From positions 65,110-129,109 of the forward strand of contig CASCZI010000004.1 of the NCBI GenBank assembly GCA_949156565.1: a DNA stretch of 64,000 nt. The letters run 5' to 3'. A model generated the notes under the pieces. That model searched no databases, had not been told where the DNA came from, and saw only the letters and a program-made list of their open reading frames with translations. Shown piece by piece: positions 56,161 to 64,000 of the stretch. The stretch is from an uncultured Alphaproteobacteria bacterium. Its GTDB lineage: Bacteria > Pseudomonadota > Alphaproteobacteria > Rs-D84. Each line of letters starts with the position of its first letter. Position 1 is the first letter of the stretch. Made by a program: the position numbers and the translations under genes.

Positions 56161-57381
56161 TTACTTGCTAATACAATTGGCAAACGATTGCGCCACCAGG
56201 GATGTTTCTTTGTCCGTCATTTGGGCAACCGGAACAATATAACACCGGGCACTGTCGCGAACAATAAATACTTTGGTCCCTAATTTATATGCATTTTGCA
56301 TGGCATCAATCTGGGCCGATGTTAAAAATGCGTTCTGGGTGGTGGACACATTTGACAGGGCCGCCGACACCAATTGCTTTGCACTGGCATAATTATAGAG
56401 TTCCGACATGCTGGTGACATCTTGCCACACAGACCAATTTTCATACGGGTTTTCCACCGTTCTGGGTTCGGTTCCCGGGAACGCTGTTCCAATGACCAAT
56501 GCGGCCGCCGTCTGTAACGTTGTGGGCGTTGACCCATTCGATGATGCGTAATTGGCCGTGTTTATTTGCATATCATCACCACAGGCCAAATTCATACGAT
56601 TGGTATAGCTGGCCAAAACAGCATCGACCGATGATTGCCAACCACTGCCTTTTTCATTCAGGTTAAGGTTTACGATCTGTTCCGCCCAGCCCCAAACATT
56701 CGCCCCAATATTCCCGGCATTGGAAAAACGGCTGACCATTTCTGCACTGCCCCCTGGGACACCGGCGCCACACGCATCGGTTAATTGGGTACGCAACATG
56801 CTGGACGTTTCATTACCATATGCCAACGCCACCGAATGGCATGCCATGGCCGCCTCCAGCTCTTGACGGCGTGCCAAACACAGATCAGAATGCGACTTGC
56901 TTAGTTGGGTGGCCATGTTTGCCATTGACAGATACGACATCAATTCTTGTTGAACATACGGGGGGCATAAACGGGCCGCCGTATTCATTCCCCCGGTATT
57001 ATTCTTGGTGTTTACGCCATATTGCGGTAACAACACACTGTTATCTTTCTGCAAACAGAGTAAAGCATAGTTATACAATTCACTTTCCGTGGCATAGGTG
57101 CATCGACCCGATCGTTGCCCCGGAACAACCGTCACATCACCACAATAATCAGATAAACATTTGTAAATTTTTTCCCGACATGCCCCATCGACATCCGGTT
57201 GGGTCACCATGAAATAATTATTGCGTTGATTATTGCGATATGCGGTGGCATTTCCTTGGTATCCACGATTGTTTGTCGCAGGTGTCACGCCCGCGCGTGC
57301 CGTTGTATCTGTGGCACCAAACACCGGCCCCGCCCCCAGGCAGATCCCCACAATTCCCAATGCAAATGCAATGCTTTTCAT
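56161..57381 (-). CDS. secreted Cys-containing hypothetical protein
   Basis: Signal peptide MKSIAFALGIVGICLGAGPVFGA, about 14 Cys, rich in Asn/Ser/Thr/Ala. Confidence 0.55.
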   Translation of the reverse strand: MKSIAFALGIVGICLGAGPVFGATDTTARAGVTPATNNRGYQGNATAYRNNQRNNYFMVTQPDVDGACREKIYKCLSDYCGDVTVVPGQRSGRCTYATESELYNYALLCLQKDNSVLLPQYGVNTKNNTGGMNTAARLCPPYVQQELMSYLSMANMATQLSKSHSDLCLARRQELEAAMACHSVALAYGNETSSMLRTQLTDACGAGVPGGSAEMVSRFSNAGNIGANVWGWAEQIVNLNLNEKGSGWQSSVDAVLASYTNRMNLACGDDMQINTANYASSNGSTPTTLQTAAALVIGTAFPGTEPRTVENPYENWSVWQDVTSMSELYNYASAKQLVSAALSNVSTTQNAFLTSAQIDAMQNAYKLGTKVFIVRDSARCYIVPVAQMTDKETSLVAQSFANCISK

Positions 57382-57479
57382 GATATTCCCCCCATCTCTT
57401 ACCACGTAATATTATCATATTGGCATTCAAAAGGCAATCATTCATTTAAAGATTGATTTAATAAAATCTTGCTGGTAAC

Positions 57480-58560
57480 ATGTCAAACACAATGATTATG
57501 TTAAATGAAATTTTGAATCAAATTCGCGACGACATTTCCGCCGTCAGGGGGTTTCTTTGACCCGGAAAAATTAAAATCTGAAATTGATGCATTAACCGAT
57601 CAAACAAATGATCCCCAATTATGGGATAATCCAGATGCCGCGCGTGTCATTTTACAGAAAAAATCTAATCTGGAAAAATCATATAATGAATTAATGTCAT
57701 TGGATGCAGAATATCAAAATCTGTGCGAACTGTATGACATGGCACCCGATGACCCAGATGTGGCAACGGCAATAACGGCATTGGCCGATGCCGCCCATCA
57801 CGCAAAATTCATCACCCTGTTCCGTGAACCTGCCGATAATAATGGTGCCTTTTTATTTATTCAGGCCGGCGCCGGCGGGACCGAGGCCCAAGATTGGGCC
57901 CAAATGTTATCCCGCATGTATGCCCGTTGGGCCGAACGGCATGGTTTCGGGATAGAGGTGATCGAAGAACACCCCGGTGATACCGCCGGCATAAAAAATA
58001 TCACCTATCGCATTTCTGGGGATCGGGCATACGGATGGTTAAAAAACGAAATTGGTGTTCATCGTTTGGTACGCATTTCCCCGTTTAATGCCAATGGGAA
58101 ACGCCAGACCAGCTTTGCGTCAATCGACGTATGGCCAGATATTGATGACACGATCGAGATTGAGATTAACGACAAAGATCTGCGGATTGATACATATCGG
58201 TCATCGGGTGCCGGTGGTCAACACGTTAATAAAACCGACAGTGCGGTGCGTATCACCCACATGCCAACAAATACCGTTGTCACATGCCAAAATGAACGCA
58301 GTCAGATTCAAAACAAAGAAATGGCGATGAAAATGCTTCGCAGTAAATTGTATGAACTTGAAATGCAAAAGCGCGCGGCCGAGGCCGACGCCGCCAAAGC
58401 CGCCCAGAAAAAAATCGAATGGGGCAGCCAGATCCGTAATTACGTCCTTTACCCTTATCAATTGGTTAAAGATGTTCGAACCGGCGTGGAAAAAACGGAT
58501 TCCGCCGCGGTCTTGGACGGCGATCTGGATGATTTTATGTTGGCGTTATTACAGCGATAG
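57480..58560 (+). CDS. prfB: peptide chain release factor 2, produced by a programmed +1 frameshift (frame 0 at 57480-57557, then the +1 frame from 57559)
   Basis: ORF0 MSNTMIMLNEILNQIRDDISAVRGFL stops at TGA 57558-57560 within AGGGGGTTTCTTTGAC. The +1 frame continues DPEKLKSEIDAL... to the RF2 body with SPF and GGQ motifs. Confidence 0.9.
57545..57561 (+). promoter_or_regulatory. prfB autoregulatory +1 frameshift site (internal SD AGGGGG, slippery CTT, TGA C)
   Basis: AGGGGG TTT CTT TGA C is a near-exact match to the canonical E. coli prfB shift site. Confidence 0.85.
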
Positions 58561-58629
58561 TTTTATTTATTCCAACCCATTGTCATACCAAAATCAATTA
58601 TATGAATTAATATATGGAACCCGATGATG

Positions 58630-58960
58630 TGGCCCCTACCACCAAAACACAATCTGGAATTGAAATATTCCATGGACGGGTTCTGGCGGATGAACTTAAA
58701 CTTAGCGTAGCACGAAGACAAGTTCTCCTCCCTCGAGGGGAGTACCCCGAAGGGGGGGGAGGTGGTCTTTACCTGAACTCTGCACGCTGTATTGCCGACA
58801 CGCCGGGCACCCATATGTGATCTTTTAAAAAAGACCACCCCGGGCTTCGCCCACCCCTCCACCGGAGGGGAACTTTAGATCGGTGCATAGGTTCTCCTCC
58901 CTCGAGGGGGGGGGACCCCAAAGGGGGGAGGCGGTCTTTTATCTGCACTCTAAACACTGT
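58630..58960. repeat. tandem/inverted cluster of dispersed intergenic repeats
   Basis: Direct repeats gttctcctccctcgagggg at 58721 and 58890. The block ccccRaaggggggaggYggtcttt-aYctgMactctRMacRctg occurs twice, with the inverted aaaaaagaccaccccggg at 58827 and ttccatggacgggttctggcggatgaactt at 58668. Confidence 0.5.
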
Positions 58961-58961
58961 A

Positions 58962-58987
58962 AAAAAAAATCCCGCCAAATGGCGGAA
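58962..58987 (-). terminator. intrinsic terminator of rne
   Basis: On the minus strand the hairpin ccgccatttggcgg is followed by a T-rich run, then acagtgtttagagtgcagat. Confidence 0.6.
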
Positions 58988-58992
58988 TTTCT

Positions 58993-60789
58993 TTATCCCA
59001 CAATTTTTTGCCACAGGGTCTTTTTCTTGTCCCCGCCACGTTTACGCCGGCGGCGCGGGGCGTTCATGGTTGTCTTTTTGGCATCCACGTGTGATTGGTT
59101 TTTCTTTTTGACGTCTGTTGACGGCGCGTGTGCGGTCAAAATATCTTCGGTTTTATTTTGTTCCGGGGACACACGTTGGATCGAATATTGATCAATGTTC
59201 ATCAAACTGTCGTCGCCAACAATCACGATTTCTGTTTCAAATTTCGATTCCATTTCGGCCAATTCTGCCCGCTTGTGATTCAACAGATAAATGGCCACAT
59301 CCGTCGGCACCGTCATAATGATTTTCTGGGCCGATTTCGCCAACAACTTTTCTTGCAGATGACGGAACAAAATGACCGCCGCCGTTTGAATTGATGGCAC
59401 CACCCCGGCGCCCTGGCAATACGGGCACGGGATATAGGACGATTCCATAAAACTGCTACGCAGGCGTTGACGCGACAACATCAATACACCAAAGTTATTG
59501 ATTTTCGCCACCTGGGTCCGGGCACGGTCGCGCTTCATCACTTCGCGCATTTTCAGTTCCAGTTTGCGATTGTTCTTTTCTTCTTCCATATCAATAAAGT
59601 CAATTGCCACAATCCCGGCCAAATCGCGCAGGCGCAGTTGCAGCGCGATTTCTTCGGCTGCCTCTAGATTCGTGTTCAGCGCGGTTTGTTCAATGTCTTT
59701 TTCCTTGATCGCACGGGATGAATTAACATCGATGGTGACCATGGCCTCGGTCTGGTTGATAACCAATGATCCACCCGACGGCAATGTAACATATGGTCCA
59801 TGTAATCCTTCGAGTTGTTTTTCCACACCCGCCTTGGTCATTAATGGAACAGCCGTATCTTTGTAATTCACCAATTGTTTACGTGGGGCCCGGCCGTACA
59901 TCTGTTGGAAATAACCTTTGGCGGCATCATATGCTTCTTCGCCTTGGATAACCAAAACGTCGTCTTTGTCGGCCAAGAAATCACGCACCACCCGCCGTAA
60001 CAAAGAATCTTCGGTATGGATTGTCACCGGCGCAATAGATTCCAATGTGGTTTTGCGAATTTCATTCCATAAATTAACCAGATAATCGTAATCTTTGGCA
60101 ATATCTTCGGCCGATGCCCCAAATGCCGCCGTACGTAAAACCACGGTCATACCTTTGGGTATTTTAAGGCCATGCAAAATTTCACGCAAACGGGCACGTT
60201 CTGGTTTATCGGAAATCTTTTTAGAAATGCCATAGCTGTTACGTTTACGCGAATTGGGCATCAAGACGGCAAATCGTCCCGCCAATGACAGATACGTTGT
60301 CATGGACGCACCTTTTTGGCCACGTTCTTCTTTTACCCCTTGAACCAGCAAAATCTGCTTTGGCTTTATAACATCTTGGATTTTGAATTCACGGGCACGT
60401 TTGGCAAATTCTTTGTTATCTTCGCCCGCGCTATGATCGTCATATTCGGCGACTTCGTCCCCTTCGTCATCGGGGTCATCATCATCATCGACAATATTGG
60501 CATGTGCCAATTCCAACAACTTTTTTTTCTGTTCCGGCGTCACCTGATAATATTCAGGATTAATTTCAGAAAACGGTAAAAATCCGTTTTTACCCGATCC
60601 GTAATCCACGAATGCCGCCTGAAGCGACGGTTCCACACGGATCACCTTGGCCAGATAGATATTACCCTTGATTTGGGGCTTGGTCGTTGTTTCAACGTCA
60701 AAATCCGAAACACGATTGGTTGCGGTATCCACCACCACCACACGGGTTTCTTCCGGGTGGACTGCGTCCACATATATTTTCTTTGACAT
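58993..60789 (-). CDS. rne: ribonuclease E/G family endoribonuclease (short RNase E, 598 aa)
   Basis: S1 domain (GNIYLAKVIRVEPSLQAAFVDYG) with an acidic insertion (DDDDDPDDEGDE). DNase I-like catalytic core, zinc-link CPYCQGAG and a basic C-terminal tail. An SD (aagga) precedes the ATG. Confidence 0.85.
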   Translation of the reverse strand: MSKKIYVDAVHPEETRVVVVDTATNRVSDFDVETTTKPQIKGNIYLAKVIRVEPSLQAAFVDYGSGKNGFLPFSEINPEYYQVTPEQKKKLLELAHANIVDDDDDPDDEGDEVAEYDDHSAGEDNKEFAKRAREFKIQDVIKPKQILLVQGVKEERGQKGASMTTYLSLAGRFAVLMPNSRKRNSYGISKKISDKPERARLREILHGLKIPKGMTVVLRTAAFGASAEDIAKDYDYLVNLWNEIRKTTLESIAPVTIHTEDSLLRRVVRDFLADKDDVLVIQGEEAYDAAKGYFQQMYGRAPRKQLVNYKDTAVPLMTKAGVEKQLEGLHGPYVTLPSGGSLVINQTEAMVTIDVNSSRAIKEKDIEQTALNTNLEAAEEIALQLRLRDLAGIVAIDFIDMEEEKNNRKLELKMREVMKRDRARTQVAKINNFGVLMLSRQRLRSSFMESSYIPCPYCQGAGVVPSIQTAAVILFRHLQEKLLAKSAQKIIMTVPTDVAIYLLNHKRAELAEMESKFETEIVIVGDDSLMNIDQYSIQRVSPEQNKTEDILTAHAPSTDVKKKNQSHVDAKKTTMNAPRRRRKRGGDKKKTLWQKIVG

Positions 60790-61025
60790 GTGATAATCCT
60801 TTGGTTTTTGACATGCATCCCATGTAAATAACCCGTTCCTGTGGGGCGGTCCAGCCCATGCCAAGGAAAGGCGCCAAGATACCCATCAGCGCACGTCGAA
60901 TCATGAAAATCAGTTGTATGATAAACATCCAATTTATCCCATGTGATACATATGCCATTTACCATACCATGTCCCCAACCCCTTTGGCAAGGTAAATTTA
61001 TTCATGATTATGTGATAAACTCTGG

Positions 61026-62039
61026 TTATTTTTTCGTCGTGCGCGGGGCGATATGGGGCATTTTCTGTTTCGCATCATCAATCCATCGACGCATCCGGGC
61101 ATGCAGCCAGCGTTCATAAACAAAGAACAGCCCCCCCACCCCAATCAATGGCAAAACATAATAAATAATTCGATACGCCAACAAGGCCGCGAAAATATTC
61201 GCCTTGTCCGCGGTATCGGGGAATGCGGCCAAAAAGATTGTTTCAAAAACACCAACACCACCGGGGACCTGGCTAAACACACCGGTTGTTTGGGCAATAA
61301 CAAACAGACCAATGAATGTACCAAACGAAATGTTTATAAATGGTGTCAAACAGAAATAAAGCACCAGTCCGGCCAAAACACTGTCCGTCATTCCCAACAA
61401 CATTTGTGCCAACGCCATTTTGGTGGTGGGAACCTGGAACCACATGCTGCCGATTTTAATGGTTTTTCGGCCAAATAATATCGTTAAAACAAAATAGGCA
61501 ATAATGGCCGCCAGGCATCCCCCAAACAACCAATTCAGACCCATGCTGATCCCGGCGGACCGGTTAAATATATCGTGTGGTACCAAAAAATACCCAATAA
61601 CCACAATCGCCGCCGCCCCCAAGAAATACGTAAATCCCGACAGGGTTAACATTCGCACAATATCCCCACTGCGGATACGCCAACGGGTATAAAGGCGATA
61701 ACGGATGGCACCGCCACTGACCACGGCGTGACCGGCATTATTACTGATGGCAAACCCCAGCATCCCCGCCAGCATCCATTTCCACCATGAAACCTTTTTA
61801 TTTTCACCCACATAATTCAGTGCCAGATAATCGTACATTGCCAATGCCAAATATCCCGCCACACATGCCCCACACGCCAATATTAGGTTTCGAACCGGGA
61901 TCGACATAATGGAATTTGCAATGTCACCCAGGCTATAATTACGCAATTGCCACCATAAAACAGCGGCCGCCAGAAAGAAAAAGAAAATTCCCGAATAACT
62001 AATTAATTTTTTAAGTATACGTTTTGTCTTGGCTGACAT
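61026..62039 (-). CDS. multi-pass membrane protein, lysylphosphatidylglycerol-synthase-TM/UPF0104-like (putative)
   Basis: About 8 TM helices. The loose resemblance to MprF flippase-domain/YbhN-type proteins is from memory. Confidence 0.5.
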   Translation of the reverse strand: MSAKTKRILKKLISYSGIFFFFLAAAVLWWQLRNYSLGDIANSIMSIPVRNLILACGACVAGYLALAMYDYLALNYVGENKKVSWWKWMLAGMLGFAISNNAGHAVVSGGAIRYRLYTRWRIRSGDIVRMLTLSGFTYFLGAAAIVVIGYFLVPHDIFNRSAGISMGLNWLFGGCLAAIIAYFVLTILFGRKTIKIGSMWFQVPTTKMALAQMLLGMTDSVLAGLVLYFCLTPFINISFGTFIGLFVIAQTTGVFSQVPGGVGVFETIFLAAFPDTADKANIFAALLAYRIIYYVLPLIGVGGLFFVYERWLHARMRRWIDDAKQKMPHIAPRTTKK

Positions 62040-62094
62040 ATATATCCTTTTTGAGCATGCCCAGCATAACAACATGAATTATAAAATGCAACCA

Positions 62095-62121
62095 TCAAAA
62101 AAAAGCCGCCCCACGGGCGGC
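62095..62121 (-). terminator. intrinsic terminator of the 62135-62590 gene
   Basis: On the minus strand gccgcccgtggggcggc is followed by a T-run. Confidence 0.5.
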
Positions 62122-62134
62122 CCAATATCAGGGT

Positions 62135-62590
62135 TTAGTGTTGATTTCTTTTATTCAAATACATTTCACGCATGCGTCCCGCCTGAAATGTATCACAAAC
62201 GTTTTCACCCATCGGTGTATTTTTTTGAACACCAGGGACAACTTTTTCAGATTGACTGTACGCCACCTGCATGTCGGTATAATGCTTAATCAACACGGCA
62301 ATATCGTGCATCTGATGTTTAATGTTTGGCCGCTTGGGTAATGTTGTCAAAAATTGCATTTTTACCGTCAATGCCCAAATAAGCGTATTTAATTGACGCG
62401 TGATTTTCCGTTCCAATGAATTGATTTCCATAATAAACATATATTTATCCCACAATACCGGCGAACGCTTGTACAATTCCATCGTTGCTTCGATTTCGTC
62501 CAATGTTTGACGAATATCTTCCATCGCCGAATTAATACTATCCGAAACCCGCATCAAACGAAACTTATCATTAACTTTTTTAGATTGCAT
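62135..62590 (-). CDS. hypothetical protein
   Basis: A 151-aa ORF, predicted to be helical. Confidence 0.4.
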   Translation of the reverse strand: MQSKKVNDKFRLMRVSDSINSAMEDIRQTLDEIEATMELYKRSPVLWDKYMFIMEINSLERKITRQLNTLIWALTVKMQFLTTLPKRPNIKHQMHDIAVLIKHYTDMQVAYSQSEKVVPGVQKNTPMGENVCDTFQAGRMREMYLNKRNQH

Positions 62591-62843
62591 GTCGCACCTC
62601 TTTTAATATCCTTTTCTAAAAATATAACACAATGGTTAAATTTTGTCAAGACAATTCATAAAATCTTTTCTGCCCTACTCTCTAATAATCAATACAAACA
62701 CAAAATAATGTCATTAAACTCTCTTGTTGCTTTAATAAATGGAATTTTTACCTAAGGAAAATAGTTGAATTAATTTACGAATACAATCATAATTAGATCA
62801 GTCAAGCAAAAATGCAATTGACACGATCAAGAGGTTGGGGCTA

Positions 62844-63101
62844 ATGACAAACGAAGCAATATGGATGGCAATAGATTGTCTGGCGGCGATACATGGGATG
62901 TCTTGTTCCCGGTTGGCGCAAATCAGCGGTCTGGATACCACGGCATTTAACCGGTCAAAGCGGTACACCCGCGGGGGTAAACCACGATGGCCATCGTTCG
63001 GCAGTGTGGCCAAGGTATTAAAAGCAACGAATACGACGTGGGCGGAATTCGTCAGTTTGATTCCACCAGAATCAAACGAGACATCATGCGAAAACAAATA
63101 A
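62844..63101 (+). CDS. small putative HTH (phage-repressor-like) protein
   Basis: AIWMAIDCLAAIHGMSCSRLAQISGLDTTAFNRSKR resembles a CI/Cro-type HTH. Weak. Confidence 0.35.
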   Translation: MTNEAIWMAIDCLAAIHGMSCSRLAQISGLDTTAFNRSKRYTRGGKPRWPSFGSVAKVLKATNTTWAEFVSLIPPESNETSCENK

Positions 63102-63636
63102 AATCATATGTCGTTGTGATATTCTTATGATATAATGGACATAAAATAACTTTAAATCATAATTATGCCCAGATTATTCGATATACCATTAAACGACACC
63201 ATTGGTATAAACCCGGACCGAAATTATATCGTCGGTCCGTATTGTATGTTTGATGTTGGGCCCAGTTTTGTTTCAATTTAATTCATGAATTTTTGCATGC
63301 CTTTGATATGTAATATGCCACATTTTTCACCCCTGGGGGCCCCAAATATTTAATATTTCCGGCAATATGATGATTTCACCAAAAGAAAGTTTGACGGGTT
63401 ATTTACGCAATCGGGTTGAATTTAACGCATATGCATGTCAACATATGATCACCGACATTGTTGGGGCGGTTAAAAAATTAAAATCTGATGAATTTATTGC
63501 CCATATTGGACCCCATATGTGTTGGGTCAATAATGTCAAAACGCGCGATTAATGCGCGGGCATTCATAAATCGAAATATGACAAAAAAGAATATATTTCA
63601 TTTGTTTTATTTTTTTTGTTTTTCTATAATCGACCT

Positions 63637-64000
63637 ATGACAAATACACCCGATCTTTTTATTCAGGCAGAACATGCCGATTTAATCAAAAAATTAAATG
63701 AATGGGACATTGCATACCATCAAAACGATGCACCCATTGTCGACGATGCCACATATGACGCGGCAAAAAAACGCGCCATGGAGATAGAGGGGCAATTTCC
63801 ACAACTGGCCCGGGGGGGCGCGTCGACACATGTAGGTGCCGCGGTTTCGGAAAAATTTAAATCATATCCCCACCATGTGCCCATGCTGTCGATTGCCGAT
63901 GTTTTTGATGAACACGATGTGGCCGATTGGTTTAACAAATTGACCGATCGGGACTTATTTATTGAATTAAAGGTGGACGGCGTATCCTATGCCGCACGAT
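63637..64000 (+). CDS. ligA: NAD-dependent DNA ligase LigA (3'-partial; it runs off the window)
   Basis: N-terminal Ia domain LIKKLNEWDIAYHQNDAPIVDDATYDAAKKR, then the PMLS motif and ELKVDG (adenylation Lys motif KxDG). Confidence 0.85.
   Translation, partial: MTNTPDLFIQAEHADLIKKLNEWDIAYHQNDAPIVDDATYDAAKKRAMEIEGQFPQLARGGASTHVGAAVSEKFKSYPHHVPMLSIADVFDEHDVADWFNKLTDRDLFIELKVDGVSYAAR

Noticed and set aside
1-64000. CRISPR arrays, rRNA genes, IS transposases
   Set aside because: No regularly spaced short direct repeats were found. There are no 16S/23S/5S-like conserved stretches and no DDE/transposase-like ORFs. The only recombinase signal is the truncated tyrosine integrase at 42032-42448.

Overview
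The window reads as a moderately AT-rich alphaproteobacterial chromosome segment, probably from an obligate intracellular or endosymbiont-like lineage. This is my judgement from gene content: an rpsP-rimM-trmD-rplS operon, DUF2155 and DUF1013-like proteins, a sigma-32-type dnaK promoter, IHF-beta and many secreted Cys-rich ORFs. The housekeeping backbone is gpmI, tadA, rsmD, rplY, dnaK, pfk, gdhA, rpsP, rimM, trmD, rplS, tsaD, xseA, recN, addA, rpoD, cysS, a fused accD-accA, ihfB, a 1-Cys peroxiredoxin, mutY, atl, amiC, prfB with its programmed +1 frameshift, rne and the start of ligA. There are three tRNAs: Gly-CCC, Ser-GCT and Ser-CGA. Several accessory or unusual regions interrupt this backbone. 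(1) At 21.5-24.1 kb, an HD-domain gene is flanked by two paralogous genes with a transglutaminase-like Cys/His/Asp pattern, next to a divergent APH-family kinase. (2) At 39.15-42.77 kb, a low-GC island remnant surrounds the intact tRNA-Ser(GCT), with an integrase N-terminal fragment and two diverged tRNA-Ser fragments at its edges. (3) At 49.2-53.2 kb, tRNA-Ser(CGA) carries 33-nt att-like direct repeats and is followed by a low-GC block encoding a MuF-like/GH108 lysozyme fusion and several secreted proteins. (4) A GT6-family (blood-group-type) glycosyltransferase sits next to amiC. (5) Three small Cys-containing genes are inserted inside the rpsP-rimM-trmD-rplS operon. (6) AddA appears split into helicase and nuclease ORFs, and no AddB is present. 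(7) A dispersed MITE/REP-like repeat family occurs in intergenic regions, including a conserved GTTCAGAGTTCAGATA-like block immediately 3' of several intrinsic terminators. No CRISPR array, rRNA or intact transposase was seen.
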